Positions 47,916 to 59,055 of a stretch of 64,000 bases of DNA are shown here, piece by piece. The DNA is from Mobula hypostoma (taxonomy: Eukaryota). The notes under the pieces were generated by a model, which did no database searches, was not told the DNA's origin, and was given only the letters and a program-made list of their open reading frames with translations. The translations under genes and the position numbers were made by a program. The stretch lies in NCBI RefSeq assembly GCF_963921235.1, contig NC_086097.1:57724001-57788000 (forward strand). The letters are read 5' to 3'. The stretch's first letter is position 1; the number at the start of each line of letters is the position of its first letter.

Positions 47916-50900
47916 AAGGTGCTGATGTTGTTGGTAAAGAAAAAAATAATTGTAACTCTTTGATTCTCCTCTTGGATTAATGTTTATTGCACAGTATGAT
48001 AAATGTACTCATCATACTTGGTTTCTCTGTGTACGTGTACAGTGCATCTTTAAATCTACAGTAGTTCTTGCACAGATTTACACCTACAAGTGCCCTTATT
48101 TCTTACCTTTTTTTGCTATTCCTCTCTAGTTTTAGTAAGCTATTCAACACCAACTAGAGTGCATAATATGTTCATAAATCATCAACAATCAACAGCTTGA
48201 TAATAAATTATTCCAAGAACATAATCATGAGAATGTCTTTACTGAAGCAAATGACTTTCACATAAAGATACTGAAAAATATTTAAATGGATTTAAAAAAA
48301 ACCTTGAGTTCTAATGCACATTGGTCATTAAGTGCGTTAGATGGTTGGCCTCGGAGGATCAGTTCATTTAATGATATACCTGGGATAAAATTACCTTCAG
48401 TGTGTGGGACATGGAATCGTTTTATAAGTGTCCAGCATTTAACTGTAGGAGATTTCACAGGGCAAAGGTTTGTACAAGGTACCACCTGATTGATTGACAT
48501 CACAGACAACATTTTAGTTGCTTCTAGTTATCTTCATTCTCAAGAATATAAGTCTCAATTTGATGGGGTAGTAATTTGACCATTTTCTGATCTACCAATT
48601 CCCATTACTCTGGGCTCCTTTTGAAAACTTCGACCCAATTTTCTTAAATTAATGTAAGATATTTTGTATGAGTAAAAAGATTGAACTTGACCACAATTTT
48701 AGAACTTGGCAGGAAGCTGCCATGAACATATTCTTGGGGGAATCTAGTAATCTAATGAATAGAATAATAAGGGGTCAATGTTTTTGCTCTTTATATTGAA
48801 AAGTTTTCCATTGGGATTGAGATGATGAAGAAAATGATGGCACTAATGATAAGCTATCAGCAGGGTATAAAGGATGCAGTTCATAGTTGTGATGTATTGG
48901 ATGACAGCTTCATAGGGTTTCAAATCCTGAGAGGTCCCTTGAGAATTCAGTCACCTCTTGAGGTTTTATGTTGTGTTTGGGAATAGTGATTAGATATCTT
49001 GCTAAGCAAAGAGATAAATTAATTAGTGCTTGCAGCATTAGCTCAGTTGGATACCTTATTACTCTATGGATAGACTTTAGACTGGAAAAGATAACAATGG
49101 ATAATTTCTTAACATCAAGTTTTCAGGGGATAAAGGTATGCTCGCTTGCATTTGCTTTTGCAAGTGGTCAGTGATCCTTTTCTCAGTGGGCATTCTTCAT
49201 CCTGTAACATGCTGTCAAGATTGCATGGCCTGCAAATGGGGAAGAAATGGTAACACATTAACAATTTACAGCAATAAGCTATATACCTTGTCAGGATTTC
49301 TTTTGTTCGTCCACCTTAATTTTTTTTAGCAGGCGGCTTTAGTATTTTTAAGCAACACATTGGCCTTTACCATCATTGTAGCTTATTTAAGTAGATGAAT
49401 GAGCACACAGATTTGAAACCATTTACACTTTCAAGTACTCTTCATCTTATGTTCTTGATACTTATTGCTTATTTATAGTTATTATTTCTTTATTTTTGTA
49501 TTTACACAGTTGGTTGTCTTTTGCGCACTGGTTGAAGTTGTTGCGGTCTTTTGTTGTGTTATGGTTATTATTCTACTGTGGATTTATTGAGTCTGTCCGC
49601 AAGGGGTGTATATGATGACGTGTATGTACTTTGATAATAAATTCACTTTAAACTTTGAACTTTTTGCTGTGTTGCTGTAGCCAAATAGAAAAGATTGCTT
49701 CTCTATTAACTCAGAGGGTTGAAAGAGTTGGGCAAGGTGGATTACTTCTGTCATAATATCCCGCGAATCCCAGATTTTAGATTTTAAGTGGTGATTTTAG
49801 ACTTTGATAAGAGCAACCAAAATGTGGGTGGGAGATGGGAGAGGCTTAATTTCTGTAGAGGTGATCAGAAAAATTTGGAGGTGTTGGGCTTTGATTAACT
49901 GAGGGGGGGTGATTGGTGTGGAGGGATAGATAGCAGTGTTTGCTGGTTAACTGATTAGGTTTGTTCAATAGATCTCCGGCCATAAAATTTAGACATTAAG
50001 TATACATATTTATGACATTATTTCTCTGTGTTGATGCATTTGCTGTGAGTGCATCGATGCTTAATGTGTTAAAATTCCACAAGAGCCATTCTTATCTATT
50101 TGAAGGTTAAAATTTTGCCAACAGGGTTTTGTCATTTGTGCAATAATTTGTTCTTGTTCCACCTGAATCAACTTCAAACCACTGCACCATTTAAATGCCT
50201 CTAATGACATTTTCCATCTTTCAAAAGAGCAATTGAAACAACCTCCTTGACCATGGGTACTCACTTTGTGTTTTGAAATCCCAATAGGCATCTGTGAGTT
50301 CAACTCCCCTCCCCTGTTAACATCAATTATTTATAGAAAAATGACAATTGTACTAATTCTAAACCAGCATGGAACTGAAGTAGAAATACAAATGGAATTT
50401 TATTGGAATCATTTCAATGAATCATATTTATTTTTCTATAATGCTAAAGCTTTCAATAGATTATGCATCTTTTCAATGTCCAATAGGTTTTGGATTTTGT
50501 TTCACTGCTGGCTCTCTTTACTAACCTTTTACTGTCAATTGATGACAAGTCTATTGTGTGGGGTCCAGCTGGTCTCAACAATATCCTATGCTTTTGTGTA
50601 CAAGAATGTTTTTAAATGAACGAATAAAAGATTAAATCTGTGACACAATCTGACTCTATCTCCTTGGAGACATGAGTGGACACTCTATATATGACAATTA
50701 ATTGTCGGTGATTTTGCGTGGTACTCGTTGCATGCAGTGAGGGCAAATCTTTGGCGTCATTCAGTAATTGCAGCAGAGCCGAAGTTACACCGAGTCAGCC
50801 CATGCTGAGCTTGTCAGAACTCCTAAACAGATGGCAGCACAAATGAGGGCTGCACATTGTGACAAGATGCCCTGATTCCAAATACCTCCTGGACTATTAG

Positions 50901-51410
50901 TCCCTTTCCTTCCACACTGACTAGATATTTTTAAATCCATGCTTTTCAGCCTGATGCATATTGTATTTTCGCAAGATGTCATTTCTGACAAAACATATTT
51001 AGGAAAATAAATGTGAAGCTTTCAAATAAAGTCATTGCAGCCATCGATGCTGTTAAGTGTTTGACAGAACACTTGACTCTCAATCAGAAGATGCATACAC
51101 AACAATAAAAAAAAATTGGCAGTTGAGAATAAGAGATTTGGGAGAATTACACAGATAGACTCTGTTGCAAAAATAAATAAAATACTTTAAGGATTGAGGA
51201 ATGTGGAAGGAAAGTATCTGATTCTGTGAAGAAGCATAGCAAAAACAAGACCATAACTCACTAAATGAGAAAAAATGAATGTTTAAAGTTGAATTTGTTG
51301 TCACATGCACAGGTGCAATAAAAATCTTGCTTGCAGCAACAAACAAGATTTTCATTGCACATGGTATCATACAAGCAGCATTCACAAGAAAATAACACAT
51401 TCAGTAAATT

Positions 51411-51776
51411 ATAAGACCATAAGACAAAGGAGCAGAAGTCGGCCACTCGGCCCATCAAGTCTGCTCTGCCATTTTATCATGAGCTGATCCATTCTCCCAT
51501 TTAGTCCCACTCCCCCGCCTTCTCACCATAACCTTTGATGCCCTGGCTACCCAGATACCTATCAATCTCTGCCTTAAATACACCCAATGACTTGGCCTCC
51601 ACTGCTGCCTGTGGCAATGAATTCCACAGGTTCACCACCCTCTGGTAAAAAAAATTTCTTCGTGTCTCTGTTCTGAATGGGCACTCTTCAATCTTTAAGT
51701 CATGCCCTCTCGTACTAGACTCCCCCACCATGGGAAACAACTTTGCCACATCCACTCTGTCCATGCCTTTCAACAT
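51411..51776 (-). mobile_element. CR1-like LINE 3' fragment
   Basis: ORF 51501..51776 RRNFFYQRVVNLWNSLP. Confidence 0.9.
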
Positions 51777-51781
51777 TATTT

Positions 51782-51875
51782 ATGAGGAACGGTCTCAGCC
51801 CGAAACGTCGACTGTACTTCTTCCTATAGATGCTGCCTGGACTGCTGCGTTCCACCAGCATTTTGTGTGGGTTGG
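51782..51875 (+). mobile_element. Short Penelope-derived element with hammerhead-like motif
   Basis: tgaggaacggtctcagcccgaaacgtcgactgtacttcttcctatagatgctgcctgg...ccagcattttgtgtg. Confidence 0.8.
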
Positions 51876-52121
51876 TTTACTAACTGAATAGTTTAAGGGA
51901 AGAAACTATTTTTGAACCCGTTAGTGTGGGACTTCAGTATTCTGTAGCACCTGCCTGATGATAGCTGCAAAAAATGCTGTGCCTTGGATGGTGGGGATGA
52001 TTGGGTGTTGCTTCCTTGAGGCAACATCCTCAGTAGAGAGAACAATTTAACGGGGAAAACTGTCTCCATGATGTATTGGGCTGGGCCCACTTCGCTCAGC
52101 AGTTTCTCGTGTTTCTGTACA

Positions 52122-52630
52122 TCCTCACTACAGGAAGGATGTGGAAATCAGAGAAAGGGTGCAGAGGAGATTTACAAGAATGGTGCCTGGATTGGGGAGA
52201 ATTCCTTATGAGAATAGGTTGAGTAAACTCGGCCTTTTCTCCTTGGAATGACGGAGGATGAGAGGTGACCTGATGGAAGTATGGTATATAAGATATTGAG
52301 AGGCATTGATCATGTGGATAGTCAGAGGCTTTTCCCCAGGGCTGAAATGGCTAGCACAAGAGGGAACAATTTTAGGGTACTTGGAAGTAGGTATAGAAGA
52401 GATGTCAGGGGTAAGTTTTTTATGCAGAGAGTGGTGAGTGCGTGGAATGGGCTGTCGGCGATGATGATAGCGGTGAATACGATAGAGTCTTTTAAGAGAC
52501 TCCTGGATAGGTACATAGAGCTTAGACAAATAGAGGGCTATGGGTAACCCTAGTTAATTTCTAAGGTAAGGACATGTTTGGCACAGCTTTGTGGGCCGAA
52601 GGGCCTGTATTGCGCTGTAAGTTTTCTATG
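52122..52630 (+). mobile_element. CR1-like LINE 3' fragment
   Basis: ORF 52281..52547 YKILRGIDHVD...RGKFFMQRVVSAWNGL. Confidence 0.88.
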
Positions 52631-55600
52631 TAATTGCTGTACCAGACTATGAGAGTAAGGATACTTTCAACAGGTCATTTGTAGAAGTTTGTTACAGTGT
52701 TTGGTGATGAGTCTAACTTCCTAAGAAAGTAAAGACACTGGCGTGCCTTTCTTGTGTTTACATCTATGGGCTGGGGCCAGGACTGGTTATCTGATATGTT
52801 AACGCCCAGGAATTTAAAGCAGCTGACTCTCAAAATATTTGTGAAATATGAAGACATTAGAAAAAGTAGCAGCAATAGAGATATAGATTCTAGTGTTCAG
52901 TGGGGTGAGTTTAGAGATGGATGTAGGACTGAATGAATCTTTATATCCACTCACTGAAGGCATTGATTGTTTTGTCAGTCTTTGTCTGTTAATATATAGA
53001 TTTGCATAAAATTTTCTTTTATTTCTTTTTTCCTCTAAATGTTTGCAACAAAATGAAGCTCAAGGTGGTATATGGTAATATATTCTTACTTTGATAATAA
53101 ATTTACCTTGAGCTTCAGAAGCACAAGGGAAAACGTAAAGCAGTTATCTTTTTCAAATTGTTTGGCGATTGGAGACTGTTTAAAACAATGAAATAATTTG
53201 TAAATGCAAGTATTCTTAATTCTGTGTCAGGTATTTTATTAAATAATTTAGGCAATCAATCAAAAATATGCCAGTAAATATAACAGTGTTAATGGTTAAG
53301 TGGATTGAAGTCAACACCTTAAGTGTTATTTCCTCTTTTTTCTCCATGTTGTCAGCAACTTATGACTTTCTTCTTTGCAGTTTATTAACTTCAACTAGTT
53401 CAGTCAGAAATGGAGTTGCTACAGTAATCAGAAACTAAATGACTCAGAGACCTCCAGTTTTTCTTGCTTTTATTTAATTCTGTGACCTTTTTGCATTTCC
53501 AGTAGAAAATAGAAGTTGAAAATAACCTTGCATCATAAAGTGCACAAAAGACAAAGGGCTGCATTTTAATAGTTCCTAACTTCGCCTAACCTGATCCTCT
53601 ATGATAGGATTTGCATTTCTATCACCTTAGGTTTTCAAAAAGGAATACAAGTCACTTTCATTACAGTTTCATTTATGTGTTTTATTTATGTTCTCCAGTG
53701 AAAAGGAGATGTGTATTTGTGAACTTTACTAAAGGTTCAAATTTATTTGCTAAACTCTGTTCCTACACCACAGATGAAGCAATATTTGAAAGAACTAATT
53801 AAGTTTTGGAGATAACTCATGAATTCCATTAGGGATCTGTACAGATAAAAGGCCTTTGCTTAATTTCATACTTACAGCAAGAAATGAATTATCATATGTG
53901 AATTTAAAAACATCGACCAAATAGAAAGCAGTTGTACATCAATGTTTCTATTAATGGTCTTTTTACTGCTTGTGGATAATTTGATTTTAATCCAGTCTCT
54001 AACTACCTATTTAATTAATAAGAGAACGACCATTTATGCCCATCTGTATTATTATGTTGCACTTTGCTGGAAATTGCCATTTTGAACTACTGTACAGTGA
54101 AGTATTAGTATCATTGAATTCAGCATTTCCCACACAAATGTGATAGCCCCGAACTTGCTGTTCTTTGCTAAAGGTATGTCACTGCTCTGACACAGTCTCT
54201 TTGACTCCACAATGTCTTGTGGAGTCAAACTTGCGATATCTTCAGGCTGGAGAACAGGCTATGCTTGGGTGTGTGATTTAGCTGCCAGTCAGCAGGTTTT
54301 CTTCAGCTGCTTAGGGATTAAGTTTGTTCTCGAGTCCCCATTGTGATAATATTTCATGTGGGAATCGAGCTTCACCATTCAGGAGCTGGTAGTCCAAGAA
54401 GTAGAAGTTAATAATAGTGGATGGGTAAGTGATGTATTTACTACCTAGACTGGCAGACTGTATGCCAGAAACACATGCCAAATAGCTGACATTTTAGTCT
54501 TTTGGGTAGATATGTTATTAATCTTATGTTTTCTGAGTGACGGAGGAGCCGATGTTTAATAAGGTCAAATTCTACACTGATGGGAGAAATTACCAGGTTG
54601 TAGTCTGGATTGAGAATAATTTCCATTCCTTCCACCCTCCCTGAACAACAACACATGCAAAACCAGGCAGCCCTTCCTAGCGAGAGATTGAATTCCTTGT
54701 TTAAATCTTATCCAACCTGGGTGGCTTAGAGCCTTTTGGCAACAGAAGACATTTTTAGAAAGTAAGTGGGAATACAAAAACTGAATTGCATAGTTGATTT
54801 TCATCTGAAGTATTAACTTGGACAAAAATCTTAACACACAGTCTGTTTTACCCTTTTTTCTTTAAAGAGATTTTATTTGAAGCATTTCCAAACTGGAACA
54901 CTTGGTAAAATTCACTTCCATTCTTGTTTTGCACAATTGTAATTAAATGACTTGCTTTTTCATTAAAGTCACCACTTTCCTCACATGAGATGGTGGTGGC
55001 CTTGTGGAAATAAATTTGTTTGCTTAAAGATCATCTGACAAAACAAAAGCTGTTCATGCAGAATCTGGGAGTCCAGTCGAGAACAGTCTAGTGTTCCAGC
55101 TGCTCTGATAGACAGCCTCCCAGTAAGCAGAGGATGTCTCTTACTGTGTATGGGGGAGGGATTGTTTGCTCTGGCCATATGACAGGGAAGAAAATAAGAG
55201 GTAACAGATGTCTCTTTCAAGAACAACCGCTTAGAAAGTGTGAAAATACTTTGAACTGATGGCACCCACCCATGTCTTTTTGTCAAAACAATCAGCAATC
55301 AGAATCTAAACATTTCAAAATTGGAAGTTTCTATTAATGAGAGAATTCTACATTTTGTCTTTCACTTAATTGCTTTGCTCTTCCTTTTGAAATGCTGAAT
55401 ACAAATGAATGTCAACGGACCTTTTTTTAAAGAATCCATTTAAAGCAGCACTGGTCAGCTTGCTTCCTCTGTAAAAGATAAATTCTGGTGAGACAGCAGG
55501 TGTATGGGCCAGTGAGGTAGCTTTATCACAGGACTCCTTGGTCCACCCCCTCAAATACTTTCACAGGTCAATGTTGATTTTCAGAGCCTGGCTGTGCTGA

Positions 55601-55991
55601 GCCATTACCTTATATGCAGTTTGTCAGGAGTCCGCACCAGAGCACGGAAGCTCTTAGAAGAGGGCAACCCCTACTTAGAAGGATGATAATAAAGGTCAGT
55701 GTTATGTTTTACCACTCCAAAGCATAGAACAAATTGCAAGGAAAAGACGGGAGCCCAGGAGAACATGTCTGAGTTTCGTTTTCTCATTAAGCGAGGCATG
55801 CTCTTATGATACTGTGGCATGATGACATAAGCTATTCATGCACATATAACTGGTAGTGAATTATTTAAGCAAAAAGAATGCTTACACAAACAGTGTATTT
55901 ACAATATTACTCAACTCTTACACAATACTCCTCCCTGCTTAACTATAAACTCCAACTCAATATAGAATGCATCTCAACTATATACAGTACA

Positions 55992-55994
<3 letters not shown>

Positions 55995-56046
<52 letters not shown>
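55995..56046. repeat. (CA)n microsatellite
   Basis: ~26 uninterrupted CA units. Confidence 0.98.
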
Positions 56047-56050
<4 letters not shown>

Positions 56051-58022
56051 TATACTACTATACTATATAATTTAGCTACTACATAGACATCCACAGCACA
56101 GTAAATTTGTCCCATTCAGGTTTAAAGATTTAATTGTGGAGGATTTCTTACTACTGTGGGATAATGTCTTTCCTGACAAGGGGGTCACTCTGCTTGGTAA
56201 GAGAGGCTTGTGGCTGTGAAACAATCTCAGGTCCTGGGGCCTCCTTGGTGGCGATTGTCGGAGTTGACTGTGACTGTAGGAAGTGGTTCTGACAGTTCTG
56301 AACAGCTTTCTTCTGAATGTGTTGGCTTCCTGAGCTGTGCATGGGAAGCTTCACTGGACGATGTGGATCATAATGTGTGAGTACAATTTCCTTTGCATTT
56401 TGGAAAGTCAACTCACACTGTTTTGTCCATTGCCGTTTCTTCCCGATCTGTAGTAATGAGTTCAAGGGGTGGAGCAGAGTAGCCAGATTTGGCAGAAACC
56501 AATTTTAGTAAGTGACAAATCCTAAAAAAAGAACCACAACTGTGACACATCTTTTGGCCACTGCTTGAACTTTCTCAGCAAACTTGTGTAATTTTTGTGC
56601 GTCAATAGTGTGACCACAGTAAATGATGCTTAGTTTAAAGAATCCACACTTGTCATGTTGTGCTCTGAGTCTATAGTCTTGTAATATTTTTAACACTGTC
56701 TTGAGATTTTGGAGATGTCCCTATCAGAAACAATGATGTCATCCAGGTAAGACAGAGTGCCTGGACAGCGTTGTAGCACCTGATTCATGGATTTCTATAG
56801 GTGTGCAAGTGCAGATGCTACTCCAAAGATAGTCCCATTATAGTGATAAAGCCTTTTGTGAGCACTTACAGTGCGAAACGCATTGAACTTTTTTCCATTT
56901 CCATCTGCAGGTAGGCCTAAGTCTACTTTGCTGAAGTGCTTTCCTCTCGAAAGGTTTGCAAAGATATCCCCTATCCTGGGCAGAGGGTATTGATCTTCTT
57001 TCAGTACTGGGTTGGTAGTGACCTTAAAATCACCACAGATAATGACAGACCCATTCTTCTTGCCCATTGGGACCACTGGCATTGCCCATGGGCTCTACTC
57101 AATCTTGGAAAGAATTCCTACAGCCTCCATGTGATCCAGCTCTCTGGCTACTTTATCACAGATAGTATAAGGAACCAGAAGGGCTTTGCAAAACTTGGGT
57201 ATGGCATTTTAATTTAACACTATTTTACCCTTGACACGTTTGAGCTTTCCAATGCATCCTTGAATACTGCTGTGGTATCATCTATACCTTTTGTAATTTG
57301 CTTTAAATTGACTGTATTACAGGGGATTGACTTGCAAATGGTGGATGGATCTCCAATTAAGTTGTAGTTGTCTCATCCAATCATGGCCCCACTTTGCTGG
57401 ACCTCCTGATTTTACCACATACGAGCCCAATGTGTTCTGTTGGTTATTGTATTTCATTGTAAACAATATCATTCCCACAGGAGTCATCTTTTCTTCTGTA
57501 TATGTTCTTAACTGCATACCTGCAGGCTTGAGATTAGTGTCTTTGACATACTGTTCAAACTCATTTTGTAGAATGACAGAAACAGCCGAGCCAGTGTCCA
57601 ATTCTACTTTAATTAATGTGCTGTTCATTCATGGTTTATGCCATATTGCTCATTTCATGTTGGTTTTCACATTGTAATTCTCAAGGCTACTCAGTTCTGT
57701 GTCACTCTCATCACTATCAGATTTTTCTTCAACAGTGTGCAGATTAGTGTTCTGTTTGAAACTCCCACTTGACTTTTCATCATTTTTGCTTCCCTGTGCA
57801 GTCTATTTATTTTTGTCTGCCCAACATGCTCTTTGTATGTGTCCTACATTTTTGCGTTTTCTTCGGGTAGTGCCTTTAAACCTGTATTGGTTTGGTGTAT
57901 ATAAGGCCCTGCCACGATAGTAGCACAATTTGTTCAGCCTGTTTACCCTCACTTCTATTCCTGACTGCTGCTCATTTGTGTTTCTGTCTTCCGTTTCCAT
58001 TGGTACAGCTATTTCAACTGTT

Positions 58023-59055
58023 AGACTCATTTCGGGTTTCCAGCTAGGTACAGGTATCGATTTTAACTGGTGTTTGAATGACGAACTCCACCATCTTCAT
58101 CAGGGATGATGCCTGTGCATGTCTAGTCTGGTGGTCCGTCTGTCATCCATCCCTCCTGATTGGTTATCCTCAACCAATCAGGTTTCCACTGCCCCACCTT
58201 GTTTGCAATCGAATTTCAGTTCTTACTGAGAGCGAGACTTTCATCTTTGTTAAAATTCTTATTCTCTACTCTAAATTTTTACCAATGGTCACCAAAGTCA
58301 ATCCTATGGATGTTGTGAATGCAATGTCCTGCTACTGCCAAGTATGGTATTTCTTCAGGATGCTGCCAATCTTTCCAGAAACCGTGGAACTATAGGGAAG
58401 ACAGGTGATAATGATGGGTTCCTCTTCATTGTTAGATTTCCTGTTTTTTCTGTCAGTCCTCTTAGGGAGCTGATTGATTTCCTTTGTCTTGTGGGAACAT
58501 CATCTTATTTTCTTGTGGAGACTCTCCGGGTCCAAAATACTTTTTGCATGGTTAATCGAAGTAGAAAGAACCCCAGATGGGGTGCACAGTGGAAACCCAC
58601 ATCAAGGAGTGTAGGAGGTGTATCCATCTGGATTACCCGGAGAAATCAATGGTAGCAGAACATTGTATTTACAATGGCCATGGAATTGACTTTGATGGCA
58701 CAAAACTACTGTGCCATGCCAATGGGTTTTAGGACCGCCTGGTGAAGGAAGCCATTGAAGTAAGACTAGAGAATAATTATTTTAACCAAGATGAAGGTCT
58801 TGCTCTAAGTAAGAACTCAAATTTGATTGTAAACAAGGTGGGAGAGTGGAAACCCGATTGGTTGAGGACTATCCAATCAGGAGGGATGGACAGTGGGGTA
58901 TAAACACCACCAGACTAAATGTGCCTGGGCAGCATCCCTGATGAAGATGGTGGAGTTTGTCATTGAACTGTCAGTTAAAATTGATACCTGTGCCTGGCTG
59001 GAAGCACGAGAAGAGTTTATTCGTCATATATGTCAGGAAAGCTCTAGATCCTTTT
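58023..59055. mobile_element. Second Penelope-like family, inverted-arm structure, inserted into Gypsy gag
   Basis: Perfect 13-bp TSD tatttcaactgtt (58010-58022, 59056-59068); inverted arms ~58030-58330(-) and ~58660-59015(+); GIY-YIG C-terminal-like DRLVKEAIEVRLENNYFNQDEGLALSK; ctgatgaagatgg motif in both arms. Confidence 0.8.

Larger units (their letters stand above)
51280..52830 (-). mobile_element. Old Rex/Babar-like LINE split by younger insertions (pieces ~51280-51410, 51876-52120, 52631-52830)
   Basis: ORFs 51893..52090 (SGRCYRILKSHTNGFKNSFFP) and 52675..52875 (FKFLGVNISD...KARQCLYFLRKL). Confidence 0.7.

Noticed and set aside
54200..54245. Helitron 3' terminus
   Set aside because: No CTRR end at the expected distance from the hairpin on either strand.
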